From Raillietiella orientalis (lineage: Eukaryota): 64,000 bases of DNA. A model generated the notes under the pieces. It ran no database searches. It was not told the origin of the DNA and saw nothing but the letters and a program-made list of their open reading frames with translations. Positions 14,247-27,961 of the stretch are shown here, one piece after another. The position numbers and the translations under genes are program-made. The DNA lies in NCBI GenBank assembly GCA_036172245.1, contig JAYWIR010000018.1, forward strand, positions 2,170,001 to 2,234,000. The letters run 5' to 3'. Each line of letters starts with the position of its first letter. The stretch's first letter is position 1.

Positions 14247-15653
14247 CAGTCGCCTGATCCCAGTTTGTTTTCTTTGTAGGAGCGCGTCGTGATCCCTCGT
14301 CTGGATCAGCGGCCAGACTTGCGGGTCGGGTCCTTCCGCGGGGATGTTCCGCAGGCTGTATGCCTTCTAGGGTGTGTGCCGATGTGGCGCAGCTCCAGTC
14401 ACTTGGCCGCAGCATCTCGGGTTCGACCTCCCAAAGAGTTGTTTTCCCCTTTCGCCTTCCCCATTCCTCCTCCTTTTCAACCCTTTCTCGTGGGGATGAT
14501 TCGCTTCCCCTTCCCTCCTCCAGGAGCCCCAAAGTGGCGCAAAGCCAATGACCTCCAGGTCTGTTGCGGAGAAGAATTCCTGTGGGCCGAGAATTTGGCG
14601 GACGTTGCTTAGGGGGCCACTGGACGCCAATCGGGATAGTCTCGCCTGAGCTCAGAGAGACTTCAGGCTCTTCGAGTCTGAGGCTCCTCATCCCGGAGCT
14701 CCGAACAGGAAACCGGAAGCAGCCTCCCAGGCCAGCAAACAAAGGAACGGACGCGCGCTCTGCAACGGCAGTCGCCAGGGGTGCCACGCAACCGCGTCTT
14801 CGTCCTCTTCTGCGCGTACTTCCTTGGCACCGCGGCGGGGCAGCGCCGTGAGGGAGTCAGCCCGCGTCCCGTTCCTCAAGAGCGACCGCGGCCGCCTTTG
14901 CTCGTCCGCGCTTCCTAAAAGTCCGCTCCGGTCGGATCGTCTCCTTCCGGAATCGATGCTGCTCCTCGTGTACACCTCCCTTGCCATTCGCCAGCATTCC
15001 TGTGAGTGCCCGCTGGAGGAAGACGTCTTAGGTCCCTCAAGGGCGGTGCTCGCTGCCTCTTTCTCCGGTCCAGCCACTCCGCTGGGTGCTGACCTCTCGT
15101 CGCATCCCCCGACATGGGAATTAGAGAAGGGAGGAAGCCGAGAGACTGGGGGGGGGGGAGGGGGGTCGGAAGGTGCCGTCTCGCGCGCCGCCGTGAGCTG
15201 GCGGCGAGGAATGTGCCGCACACCCCAGGCCACCCCAAGGGATTAGCTCAAGACAAAAAGGCTCGTGGTGAGAAGCTCCTGGGTGCAGATCGAAGCCTTC
15301 CGCTTGAGCAAAAGAGATGACAACCGCTTTCGCAAGGAGACGGTGGGGCAGCCGAAAACTCGTCTCCATCTCCTGTCGTTCCTCTCGGATGAAATTGCGG
15401 GGATAAAAATTCCTGCCACGAGAGCAGTACAAGTGGCCTATGTACACATCTCTGCATGCAATGTACAGATCATTCCGAGAAAAAATATTTGCGTACACAA
15501 GATGTGCAATATGTGCACGTGCACGTGCTCCTGTTCAAGCATGCCCGGAAACCCACAATTGCACACCAAGGGAAAGTGCATGCATAAGCACAGGACCTAA
15601 TGCCCCGCCTACGGAAGAAGAGGCGCGTTTAGGAACATCTGTTGATGAAAGGA

Positions 15654-16560
15654 TTTTTGCGCCTGGTCATGCCAGGGCGTTTATTCAAAGACGAATAAAT
15701 CATCGGTCAGCTGACAAAAAAAAAAAAAAAAAGTTCATTGGGATAACCACCAGCTCGTAGGTCCGCTTCTAAGGGAGTCGCGAGCACGAGGAAAGGACAA
15801 TAAATGTAGCAAAAAAAAGGGGGGAGGGAGGATAGGGACAGAGGTCGCTTGGTTTTAGTCAATCCTTTCTTTCTCAGGGGCGCCGTCCAAGCCTACAGGG
15901 CGAGGCCCTCCGTGGTCAGGAAGGCGCGAGTCGTGTGACAGCGCTTCCCGGAGCCACTTTCCGGATCCGCCTGAAAGACTTGGTAACGTCGCTCCAGGAC
16001 GCTGGCTTGGGCATCCCGACCCTTCAGAAGATCGGACTGCAGGTGCAGTTCCGACTCCTGTACCAGTGATCAATTGTAGTCATCCCATTGGTGTGCTCCG
16101 ACGCGCCTCAGCCTCCGGCGATGCGCTGGAAGCTCAGGACTTCTTTCGCTGCTGCCGTGCAATCTACGCAGGAGGACCGAATTCGCTTATCCTCTGAGGC
16201 ATCTGTCCTCACTACTGGTGGCTCATCCTTGGATCTCCTGCCGCCAGTTTTCGGGCGGCAGGAGGCTCTGGAGTTCTGGGTTGTCACTTTGGAAGTGCGT
16301 CCAGGGGAACCGCGACAACTGCAGCATCTCCTACGTAAACGGCTGGAAGATCTACAAGACTGGACGCAATAGTCCCGGATAGCCGTCACACCCCTTGCTG
16401 CGGCGCTGTCTTCCCTTAGGGAAAGAAATGACAGCAGCCAACCGGAGGGATGGGAGTTCTCTTGCAACATTGCAGGGGTCGAAAAACTCGTGGACGGCTG
16501 CAAGACGAGCGAGCTGGTGAATGTCGCTACTCCTCGTTTCCAGGCAAAGGGACTCCTTTG
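15654..16560 (-). mobile_element. Degenerate LINE 3' fragment of the same family
   Basis: Pyrimidine-rich 3' UTR on the minus strand ending in AATAAACGCCCTGGCATGACCAGGCGCAAAAA (15685-15654); coding part badly decayed. Confidence 0.45.
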
Positions 16561-16578
16561 ATGGAGTAACCTGCTTGG

Positions 16579-19500
16579 TTTAATATCTGGTAACTTCGGA
16601 GCATTTAATATGAAAATAGTAGACATACATGTGTGCGGCTATCGGCCCTACAACATCCGAAAATGTTGGGAACCTGTTGAGCAACCGGCATGCAGACCGG
16701 CGAGGTTCGCCTCGGCAGCGGAGGGGGAGGCATGTAAAACAAAAATAAAAATAAAATAAAAATCAGTCATAAAAAAAAAACTCTGGGGGGCACGGGAAGG
16801 GATATCTGTCCGCTGGAGGGCGTCTTCTGCATCCTTTCCAGGATGCCGGCAAGTTCCATCCGAGTGTGCCCCAGTTGGGACCATGTAGCTGCCGTCCGCA
16901 GGAAGCGCAGGGCAAAGTGGATGGCGTTCCTGCCGCGCCGTCCTCCTCTCGCCTGGCTGCAGGCTCTGCGCAGGCAGCAGAAAGGAACTGCTGAGGATGT
17001 GCACCAGGGGCCGTTGCGTAAAGCAATTACAGGGGCCGCAGGGAAACAGTCTACAAGCAGGCGCGGGAGGGATTTCTGTTCCCCGCACCTGCGACAGTTC
17101 GGGTCCACAGGCCCCCAGGTCCAATGAGACCAGTGTGCATTGCACGGGAGGTCCCAGTGCAACAGCAGAAGTGCCGACCCCTCCCATTTCAGGGGGAAGG
17201 CCCGGTTGTTCTTCAGCGATTGGGGCCAATCGAGGTCTTTCTGTGGAATTCTCAGCAGCTAACCCCAGAGCAATAGTCCTTTAGGTGCGGCAATTGGGGT
17301 CGCAGCGTCCGTGAGCTGGCACGTGGTCCAACCATCTGATTCTTTCGTCCGAAGACCTATTCCGCAAATGACCTCCCTTTGAACATCTAGTTACTGCCCA
17401 AGTGCTCGTTGAGGGAGGGCAGAGAGACTAAAGAGGTTCTTTGCGCTCACGCAAACGTGGTGGGTTGCACAATGACCTCCTACAGCGAGCTGTTGTTGCA
17501 GAAGGGAGTGCAGCAGTCGCTGCCGCATCTCCAGGCTCGCTTCGTTGTTCTTGGCCCATGTGCGAAGGGTTTCCTGCAGCCTGGCACTACCGTTCGTGGG
17601 TCGGAAGAAGATCCAGTTGTTGGTCCTGGTCAGTTTGTCGACCCACCCGAGCTCCAGTCCGCAGCTGGACACGTTGCGTCTGCGTCGCCGCGCCGAGAAC
17701 GAAGGCAGTGGTAGCCGGTGGCTCGCTTGACCAGGTATCGTGCGGGCTCGCACCAGTTCGTTCTCCAAAGCTTCGCTACTGGGGCAAGCGTCCTACACTG
17801 AAGCTGACGCTCCAGGCACTCCAGCGTCAGAAGACCGAGGCCTCCCTCGCGACGCGAAGCGAACAAGTCCTTCAGGTGGACTCGGGACCTCCCTGTGCCC
17901 CGCAGAGCGATTCTCAGGAGGTCCTTCGTCTGCCTCTTAATACTTCTCGGTGGGGGGCAAACAAAAAGCAGGGTGCGGAAGAAGGGGCCACGAATGTATT
18001 CCACACCGCGGCCCTTTCCGGCAAGAGCAACTTGTCATCTTGGAATGGGCTAATAGCGGATTCTGCCTTCTGGAGGAAGCTGAACCACACCTTTGCAGAA
18101 GAATAGTCCCTCAATGGTGCACCGAGGTACTTAAAGTACCGAAACGTGGGGATCCCGAAGTGGATCCAGTCCTGTTTCCCTGCCCACGACGATTTAACTG
18201 CTACCACGGACAATTTCGCCTTCTTAACCAGACAAATCGGCATTCTGTCAATCCTTCCCAGGGAGGGATTCGAATTCGGTGATTCGTTTGTTCGGAAAGC
18301 GACGTCTTTCTCTTGTACTGAAAGAAAATCAAGCCCCAAGGAGATGCTGGAAAAAGCATCACTGAGAACGGCCTCTTCCGTGTCATCTGAAGGAACGCGG
18401 GCATTTCGTTTGCAGGAATATTGAGATTAGATGTAAAGAATTCTTTGTTGCCATCTCAGGGAGTGAAGCAAGGAACCCCCTCTTGGGAGCCTCAGGATGG
18501 GAAGGCACCACTTCCCAAGAAGAGTGGTTCTTTGCCATCGTGACACAATGCCTGTGAAGTCTTATGCTTCGTCTTTTCGAATGAAATGGGCTGTCCACAT
18601 CTAGGTCAACCTCCTACTCCACTGTAGCCCCAGTACATAGAAATATACCACCTCCGCGTCGAACATCCCGGAGAGTGAATGATATTTTCGTGCTTCCGTA
18701 CCCAGTGTTCCCAGAATCGGCTGCAGCTCAAAAACTTCCCGAGAGCCGCCGTTACCGCTTACGCAGCTTACAGGCCATCATCAGTTTCGGAATTGATGCA
18801 TCCTCAGTCTTTTTTAAAGCCCCTTATCCTCTTCCTGTGCTTCCCAGGAAATTACTTTCCCAACAGTCCGTCAAGAGCAGAGACATCCAAAGGTGGAGGA
18901 ATCGCTCTTTGCCATGGTAATCTTCGCAGTGGTGGGTGTCCATCGGTTCGCAGAATGTTAGCTGATTCCGCTTTGGGTGGGCGCGGCTCTCACCAAGATG
19001 AACAGCTGCCGAGTCCAGAAAGACTGGAAAGTCTCTTCCTTGGTGTCGTATTCTGGGGCGAGAAAAGGAATACGATTACTCCTCCCTCCCCTCCCCAATC
19101 AGTGGGCGTTTCGTTCTGCATGTGGTGGCAGCGGCTGTCTCCCGAAATTGTGTCACCGCGCCCTCGTTATCTTCGGGAGCTGCTCATCCGGCCTTCCTCT
19201 CCAAATAACTCTGTGGCTACCCGGCATCGTAAAATCATTTGTTTTATCTTTCAAGCGGGATTCAGTCAGAGCAATCATTCTGTCCACCTCGATCAGTGGC
19301 AGTGAGGTCCAGCGTCCAAAAACATCTGTGATGTGAGAGATGGTCTCTGCATGCAGAGGAAAGGGTTCATTCGAAAACCGCTTTTTCGTGCGTTCCATCC
19401 TGCTTCCCTTAAGCCACATTTAAAGTGAGATGACTCGTGCCCGCGACTGAGCAGCGTTTCATTCCCAAATCAATTTTTCACATCAGTGATTGCGAGTCCT

Positions 19501-19860
19501 TATGACGATGACTCTTTGTGACGTCCTCTCTAGAATGTTCCAGCATTCTAGGTAAGCGTGTCTTCAGCATCTTCCCAGCGACCAGCTCGCCTGCATGAAA
19601 AATCTTCCAGAGTCAAGGCTGGAATCTATTTGGGTGAAGGCGGGCTGTCGAAACTGCGCACAAGGGAAGATTTTTTCAAGACGAACGCCGTCGCTACCAC
19701 TTACACAGCTTCCAGGGAGAGAGTAGGTGATTCGGACGTCGCTTCTCGAGATCAAGCGGCGGAGTTCATCTTTCCACGTTGCCACTTTCCCCCCTCCCAT
19801 TTTGATTCTTCAGATGCTCCTCTGGCCTTGGTAAGAGCAACGTTCCCCGCTTTGCGCAGA
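16579..19860 (-). mobile_element. Degenerate Tx1/L1-like ORF2 (endonuclease start, RT, zf-RVT) with 3' UTR
   Basis: KVATW (EN start, ~19790), FKYLGAP (~18130), ASRREGGLGLL (~17840), DPNCRRCGEQKSLPRLLVDC (~17090), terminus ATTAAATGCTCCGAAGTTACCAGATATTAAA at 16609-16579. Confidence 0.75.
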
Positions 19861-19984
19861 TCTCTTCCTGACATTTAAGAGCCGACAAGATGTGCCACAT
19901 GGGACAAAACAACAACAACAACAACATGAAAACAAACACAAAAGAAGCAACAACAGCAAAGCAAACAACGCACGCACGCGCGCG

Positions 19985-20230
19985 TGCTTTTCCCGTTTCC
20001 ATTGAGACCGCATTCCATCGAGGAGAAAAAGAGGATGCAATGCCGCGCGTTCCTGATCTGCTTCGGCTGTTTGCAGACGCAGAGGATTCATCGCGACGAA
20101 GGAGTCTTTGAGCACACGCATCGACGTCCACGCCCGAACCAACTGATTAAAGCTGGAGAGGAGGACGAGTTCAGAGAAACCGACGAAATGCTCTCCGTCT
20201 CGCGCGAGATCTGCTGATCCGTGGCCTTGG
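19985..20230 (+). mobile_element. Short RT fragment of an R2/NeSL/Utopia-type element
   Basis: CLQTQRIHRDEGVFEH resembles the QKGF...(D/E)GVFEH motif of RLE-type RTs. Confidence 0.35.
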
Positions 20231-23149
20231 GACGGGATGCAACGCCCAGTGTCGAACCGAGGAAGGGCTCCTAAGCTGGTGCAAGAGCAGAGGTCATGTT
20301 TACAAACTATTCATTAGGAGGAAACGGACGCGCGTGCAAGACACTGTTTAATCAACATGTAACCTTCAGTGTTTACTAAAAGAGTTGTATCTTTTTTTTT
20401 CCATTTTTTTTTTCTTTTTACTGCTTCCTAGTTTGTCCAGAGAAATAGCAATCAGCACAAGGTCGGAAAAGTTTTCCCCATGATTCTGGAAAGAGTCACA
20501 GAAGGAAAGATAAGGCAGCACTGCCTTTTTCTTTTCCTTTTTTTTTACGACTATTTTAGATGCGCACATCCGAATGTTTATTCCTTCGCGCGCGAAGTGT
20601 CCGGTTTCCAAGAGCTACACGTCAGCCGAACCAGGGTTGCCATTTTCTGCGCGGGCGCGCGTTGCGGAGGGCGCACCAGGGTGGACCAGTCTGCCCTGGA
20701 CGCGGGGGAGTACGGAAAACATCTCTCGGGCGTTCTGTCTCGGGTGACGCAAGGGGTCTCCGCGTCCGATGCCGCTCAAATGGACTCTCCTGGAGGGTCC
20801 CTCTGCTTCCCGGGGGATTCCGTTCTCTGGTGAGCCGGAAAGGAGTTGACGACGGCTGGCTCTTCTTCAGATCGGGATGAGCACCTGAGCAGCTCGCTGA
20901 TTGCAAGGAGAAGACTCAGACGAACGGGGTTTGTCCACCACGACATTTCTTGCCTTCTATCCCTACCCCTCCAACCCCATTCTCTACGTTTCTTGCAAGC
21001 AGAGGTAAGCCGCTGAGAAGCGCGCGGACCGCACACCACTTGGAGGTCCTTCGGAACTGCTGGTGCGCGACGCGTCGCGTCGCGGCTCGTGTGCCTGGCG
21101 TTGGTGCTGCCTGCCTGCAGGAGGAGCAGCCCGTACCTCCTCTCGGAGGTGCTGGAAGGTCGGCCGCCGATGCGGCCCTCAACGACTCGTTCCTGAACCT
21201 CATGGAGCAGTATTAGACGCGGATGTCCACGACGACCCTCTGGGAGGCGGCGACCAAGGAAGGAGGAGGCGCAGGAGAGACCTGCAGGATCCGGCCGAGT
21301 CGGGGTCTGGAAGCTGCGCAGCATGGAGCCGCTGGTGCCGGCGCCGTTTCTAGCTGGATCGACACGCGTCCAGTTGTCCTCCCTGCGGGTCTCCGGGAGC
21401 CCGACTCTCTCCGTGTCTTGCCTAGAGCATGGGGTCCCCTCCCCGGCTATCCGTCCACGACAGGGAGGACTGCGCCTTCGTGGAGGTGAGCGGACCTGGC
21501 GTGGGTCCCGCCGCGCCCAGGACCTCCGAAGTCTTCACCATCGGGGACATCCCACACATGCTTACTTTCCACCTCGCCGACTCAGAGGCCTCTCCGGAGT
21601 GGTGGTGTTCCGCATCTGCTACTCAGATGCTGCGCCGTTTCTGGAGTACCTGCAGACCCTTAGGGCGTCCTTCCCGTCGTCGTCAAGGCCTAGAGCGACG
21701 GGACCTTCCTGCTGGTCTTTAGAGTCGGAGAGTCAGACTGGAGGGCACCTTCCGATGCAGCACCAACAGCGCCTACTACTGGTGGTGGTCAGGGCAGCAC
21801 TCACTGGCACTTGGGCCGCGTGATAGCGGTGCGCACGCACCACTGACGGACCGTGTCCACTCGGACACCTTCCTGGCGATCGCCAACGGCAACGACAGTG
21901 GCGACTCCGTGCTGCATCGTCTCGACAAAGGGACCAGGACCTTCTGAGAGCACCAACGGTTCCACACCAATGAGGACCCCTCCGGAGGTCCTACCGGAGC
22001 GAATAAGGAAGGAGATTCCATTCGGGGTTCCTCGAAGACAACCAAGGTGGATACCCCCTCGGGCGTGAGAGCAGCGGACTCTGAACCCTTCCTGGATTCA
22101 TGGGGTTTTCTTTTTTTTGGTTCGCTAAGTACCTCAAGAGCCCTGGGGCGGTCTTCTCCCGGGGTGCTCCCTATCTTGAAGAATTCGCCGAAAGAATCTT
22201 CAGAAGAGGGACGCTCTTGAAGATCCCGCTCCTGAAGATCGCAAAAGTCAGCTTCCATTGCCATTGATAGTGTGCAGCGCGGGTTCGAGTGCTTCATGCT
22301 GGCATATGAGGAATTCCTCGATCGAGTTGGTTCCCAAGGTAGCACGTGGTGCCTTGTCTGCGAATCCTGGACACCAATGGAGCCTGATTCATGAGCGTGT
22401 ATCAGTCTGCTGGGTATTCAGGGACAACCCCGCTTTCTGCTGCCTTGATGCAGTTCATATTCCTTATTATCCCAGGGTACTGTTCCTAATCCAGGAATTT
22501 GTGCCTTCATTTCGAATCAGAGGAATCAACTCATTTCATTCCTAATTGCCAATAATTTCTCTGGTAATGCTGGAGAGATCCCGAGCGGAGAAACGGGGAG
22601 CAGAAGGAGGAGGAATGGCTATTCTTTGGAAATTCTTGGCCGAGGAGCTAACGACAGTTGATTTCGTCAAGGTTCCGCTTATTGGTCTGATCCTCCGTCG
22701 CGCACCATGGAGCTGCCTGATGTCCTCTCCTCCTCCCCCCTCAGGAGGCTGCCTCTCCAGAATGTCAGAAGCACTCTGCTCCCTTCGGGAAATTTTCAGC
22801 GAAATTTGGAGGCGTCCCTTTGGGGCTCTCCTCAGAGGAGGAGTTCCAAGAAGCTCTTCCCTTCGAAGGAAAAATTCCGGGAGCAGAGATCCTTTCCGGG
22901 TTCCCTTCGGGGAAAAAAATGAGGAGTAGTGGCCTCCCACAAACCAGAGGCTTCCTCCGGAGAGAATAAGGAAGAGGTGGTTCCCTTCTGAATCACCTGC
23001 CAAGCGTGAGAGGAACGGACTCTTTCCTCCGGAGCCCTTCCTATATTCATAGGGTCCAGGGGTTATCCACTAACTCGAATAGTTGATACGCTCCCTCGGC
23101 TGGAGCGGACAGAGTTGAAATGAGCTTCGTGAGGGTCCCCCAAGAAGGT

Positions 23150-23264
23150 GAACGGTTCTTCAGCACTCGACGAACCAAAAACAACAACAACAACAAAAGA
23201 AAAAAAAGCTGACAGGAAAGTAGCGAAAGCGAAAGAACTCCAAAGGATTTATATCACCCATGAC
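23150..23264 (-). repeat. Dispersed repeat, probable 5' end of a LINE family; related to 60457-60558
   Basis: Exact 18-mer GAACGGTTCTTCAGCACT plus collinear A-rich and GGATTT..ATCA.CC...GAC blocks at both loci; each is followed on the minus strand by GC-rich, ORF1-like low-complexity sequence. Confidence 0.6.
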
Positions 23265-23269
23265 ATCCC

Positions 23270-24194
23270 CCTTGCCCCAGTGCTGCCTTCTTTAAGGGAC
23301 GCAAGAAACAGTGTAATCCCGGCAAGGTGGAAAGTTACTTGCTATGCAGCAAAAACAAAACTTCTGGCGGTGTGGACAACTTGGGAAGTGACGGACGCTG
23401 CGACCCCGAGTGTCCCACCCCACGGACTTGGTCTCTGGTTAGAGGTGATGTGCATGCCTCGGTAGGAGGTGAAGTGGCCCCCAGAGTGCTGGAACAGTGG
23501 CACCCTCCCCCCCAAGTGGCAGGGATCGGCGTTGCTGGTGTTGCATAGGGGAATCCCGTGCGAAGCGCGCCTTCACTACTGGACACTAGAGAGCGTGAAC
23601 GCTCATTGCAACAGGTGCGGGAAAAAAGAGACCCTTCCGCACTTGCTGCTGGACTGTGCTGCCCTCCGACCCCGTCGGGATCGCATCGCGACGATTCTAG
23701 GAACACCAAGCGGGCGGTCCCAGGGACATTTTCAGACTGCTCTTCGCGCGTGCCTCTCTGCCGCCAGCCGCGTCTCTCGCAGTTCTCTGCTGTGTCCGTG
23801 GAATCGTGGCTGCCTGGAACGCGGGAGGGAGAGGCCGGAATGGCAGGGACATCATCCACTGGGCGCGAATCTTCCTGAGGTTCGCCTCGAGATGGCTCCA
23901 CCTGGGCGCTATACGTACGAAAGTTGCCAGCATCCTTAGCAGGATGCGGAGGACTCCTGGCAGCGTACCGTGATCTCATCCTCGATGCCCCCCTCCCCTG
24001 TATAAATTACCCTCCCCCGTTTTGTTTATTGTTTGCTCTTGTTTTCCCTTTCCCCACGCTGCCGAAGCGGACCTCGCCGGTGTGCGCACCGGTCCTCGGC
24101 AGATGCATTGCGCGTGGTAGAACCGGCGGTTCTATCACAAAGAATGTATTTTTGTTACTAACGTAATAAATGTCCCGACATAACCGGGTGAGAA
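23270..24194 (+). mobile_element. 5'-truncated Tx1/L1-like LINE 3' fragment
   Basis: ORF 23469-23939 contains HYWTLESVNAHCNRCGKKETLPHLLLDCAAL (zf-RVT); structured 3' UTR; terminus AATAAATGTCCCGACATAACCGGGTGAGAA. Confidence 0.75.
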
Positions 24195-27100
24195 TCACCC
24201 ATGACGTCAGACGCATTTCTTGTGCAAAGATCGCTGCTTAAACAGAAAAATCCGAATTATGAAGATCTGACATCACGCCGGATCATCTTCACTATTCATT
24301 TCGCCTAACTGAATGATATGTAATGTAACCCTGATGCAGCTCGATCGCTGCTCTGTTCTTGAACGTACACTTCTAAGCCTACGCGCACAAATAAATGTAT
24401 ATAAAAAGGTATGGGATGTGTGTGTGTGTGGAAAAAGAAAAAGAAGGAAAAAGATCCACGAAAAAGATTTCCGGCCGCCCTGTTCGCACAGTTCAGGAAG
24501 CGTTTCTCCGTCAGAAAAGCCCGCAGGACTTGTCTGAAGAAAAGGCAGTCGCCGGGATGCGGTGGTTGCTCTCGGCTGTTGAGCCGCCAGTGCCAAGTTC
24601 TTCGATTTCCAATGCGGCTCGGTGTGCAGCCGAGGGAAATGGGACGCAGGGGGTGCGTGAGGGTCAATGGACAGGGTGCGCGGCAGTGGACAGGTACCAG
24701 CCACGAGAGAGTCGGCAGCCGCTGAAAATGTGCCCGAGTGCAACTCGCACCGCTGTTTCGAGAGAGGAAACAGCAAACTCAATCTGCAAGTCGAGCTGGG
24801 GTTGCCAGTCATCCCACGACTGTTTCCGGTCATCCTGATAACATCGGACATGTCTCCAGACCATCGTAGCATAACAAGGAATGCACTCCTGCTTGACCGT
24901 GACGCCTGGTGGTTTCAGGACTGGGTTCCTGCACTCAGAGCGAGGCGCTGCACGTTCCTGAGAGACGCTGAGCTTTCCGGAGAGAGGACCCCATTTCTGG
25001 ATACACGACGTACGCGCTTAATGAAATTTTGCTCCTGGGAGACGCAAGGATGCAGATACCTGCAATCCCTCTTCTTACAGCTGCTGTGTGTGTTCGCTCA
25101 GCCCCTCCCCCCCCCTTCCCACCGCTGTCTGCTTGGCTTTGCCATCCTTGGAACCCACCAAGATGCGATCTGTGAAAGATCTGAGGTTTGGAGGAAGAAT
25201 GATGGGAAGCTGGTTCCATGCAGAACAAGAGAGGAACCTTGGCTGTCTCCGCCTTCTTTTGGAATGCATCTCAGAATGAGCAGGGAAGCACCGCTGCTGC
25301 CCTCGTAGGAATTTGCGATGCCTTTCGCTCATCCATTCGCTTGGGCGCACGAACGCGGGGATGCACTGTGCGGTGCTTTCGTAAACACTTTCAAACAGAG
25401 CGATGATGTCATCGCGCCTTCGGCACCCTTTGCACTCGAAACATTCCTAGTCGGAGAGCAGATAGATGCTTTTGCACTTTCCTCTCGAATCCGAGCCCAC
25501 TGATTTAAACGCAACTCGTAATGTGCTCTTCAACTACCCTTAATGGAGAAGTCCCCAAAGTTTTTTCAGATCAGCTGGAAAATCGATCCGCCTGGCAATC
25601 GACACTTACTTGACGCTGCTTCTAGTTAAAAAGCCTGCTTCCGCTGTGACGGATGAGGAAGATGTGGGAAAGTTTTGCATCAATCTTTTCATTTAATGCG
25701 GTCTTCCCAGTGGGTTTCAGATATGGAAACAAGTGTGCCGAGAGGCTGCTTTCCGTTCCTCGGCTACAAGGATTCATCGGTGCGGAGAACGTGTGGTTTG
25801 CATCCCGGAAGTTTTCCATGCTGTGGCTGCGCGAGGTCAGTGCGAAAGGACCGCTGGTTATGTAGATTAAAGGAGACAACTGCAATGAAGTGGGAAATTG
25901 TAACTGTGATGCTGTCGAATTGTCGGATGACTGCGGAAGAGTGCAGAAACCGCATCTTCCGAAGAGCATACTTCCTCCGCGGGAACGAATCATGCGAACA
26001 GTCTCGTGATTGTCCGAAAAATTCTGTGCATCCGATGGATGCTCCCACAATCAAGGATCAGTATTTCGAGGACATACCCTATGTTTTTCTAGGACGTTGC
26101 CGTAATCCAGGGTTAGCTGGATCTGTCTTACCGAGATCATGACAGATCTTTTTCGAGAACACAAGCAATCTGTTTTCCAATCTTTGTGTAGAATAAGATA
26201 TCAAGAAAGAGATGTCAAAGGACATCTCTTTTCTGGTATTCGAAAGCCCTTTGACTTTCATGTAATTTCATGACCAGCAGACAACAAAATATTGCATAAA
26301 ATAGAAGGGATACCAAGCTGATAATCTTGCACAAAAATGAAACGCCAATATAATACACAATCATAGGAAAATTGAAAGAATCAAATGAAAATAGAGAGGG
26401 AAAAAGAAAAAAAAAAAACAAATTAGGGGCGCAAATCCAGAATCTTTCCGGGTACTTCACTTGATGCTAACAACCGTTAACGTTAGAAGCATTTTCCAGA
26501 AGGAAAAACGCGCTGTTGCCTCTGCAAATGCACCAAGAAAAACACTATTGCAAACTACAATACAAACCCATTTGCAACACTTTTACTACATGGCATTTCT
26601 TTCCAAAATAAACATTTTTTCCAAAATGGATGTTTCCATCGGAAAGAGTATTTCTACTTTCCGGTTTACTTCTTGAAATCCTTTTCCCTCTCTCACTAAT
26701 TTAGAAAATGCAGTCGAATTCATGGACAACTGCTCAGCAATCCATCAGAGGTGCATAAGGTGTGCATGACGTTCACAGATGCACAATCCATGCTGTGGTG
26801 ATCAAATGAAGTAAATCGGTTTTCGAGAAAAAATCAGCTGCTGAGGTGCGATCCGCGATGATGCATCTGGATCCGTGTGCGTGTACTTCGCATGACCCAC
26901 GGATTCTAGAACTCTGGAATTTTTAGAAAGGGAATCGTACTGTATTGCTTGTTTGTCAATAAAACACTGGACATAAATACTGAAATAACCAAAATGCATA
27001 TGGTTAACTACATGCCTTCAATTTTTCTTAAAGGGTCAAGACAAAACCCTTTAAGCTGAAAGCGATGATTAAGGAAAACTTCCCATTTCTAGCAGGATGC

Positions 27101-27961
27101 CCGGAACTTTGGAAATCTTTCCTCCCACGCAGCGAAAGCCTTTGATTTCGCCAGCTCATCACCGAATTCTCTCCGGTTACCGAATGGGCGCTACTTGCAA
27201 AACTTTCACGAGAAGCTTTCCAGAGATCAGCGTGTCGACGAACAGTGGAAGGAAACTCTATTTCCTTCTGAGTGTTCCAAGCCAAGCGGAGTAGACGCCA
27301 CTCCATAACCATCTTTCGACGTGGTTGGAAAACAGATGCTTCCATTGCCCACTTGGCACAGTCTAAACTTGCAGAAGAAGACGGGTATCAGGTAGCCTTT
27401 TACATCAGTTCCTTTTTTCTAAGGGACAGTTTCAATCTGTCAGGTTTCACTTGCCGGAACGGGCCGCGGTTTGGAGCTCGTCCTCAGCTCCTCTCCTCTC
27501 CGCCCTGCTTTTTGTTTGTCCCGTCCCGAATGACACCAAAAATCGAAGCGAGGACTTACTACGGAAATTCCAGAGTCCAGACAGTCAGATTTCAGAGTTC
27601 AGGGAGGTGCGGGAAGGGTTTGCTTAAAAGGCTTCTGTGCTCCGCGTCGGGATGGCGGACTGGGCCTCGAGACTCAGGAGCTGATGGAGAGTCAGCCCCG
27701 ATTTAGAAGAATCGCCCTTATAGCGAAGCACTGGACGACATCTTGGTGAGCTCCAGCACGCCTTTTCGCCAAGCGAGCTGCCGGTTGCGACGCACTTACA
27801 TCAGTCTTCGTCGGCAGCCACCGAAGTGTGACCCAATACGGGTATCAACATCGTGAAATGGTTGCCTTGGTGAGAGAGAACACACGGATCTCCTGCCTCC
27901 CCACAAACTGCACTACTTGGCTTCAGAAGTCAGATCATGGCTTCAGGGATCATGGGGGGGA

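Noticed and set aside
15430..15600. TGCA/CACA-rich stretch loosely similar to the reverse complement of 54640-54830
   Set aside because: Similarity may be purely compositional; could not be aligned confidently
16578..16592. GTTTAATATCTGGTA resembles U2 snRNA (GTTTAATATCTGATA), a known Keno/Utopia target
   Set aside because: The match does not extend on either side and is explained as the reverse complement of the family's terminal module
20600..22050. GC-rich ORF1/gag-like relic (similar stretches at 3.9-4.9, 10.3-11.4, 14.3-15.3, 30.5-31.0, 42.4-43.3 and 62.5-64 kb)
   Set aside because: Probably LINE ORF1 debris, but no motif strong enough to annotate
25620..26050. Possible Tc1-like transposase relic on minus (RGGSMLFG..., FPYLKPTG)
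   Set aside because: Motif echoes too weak, no TIRs seen; needs an HMM search
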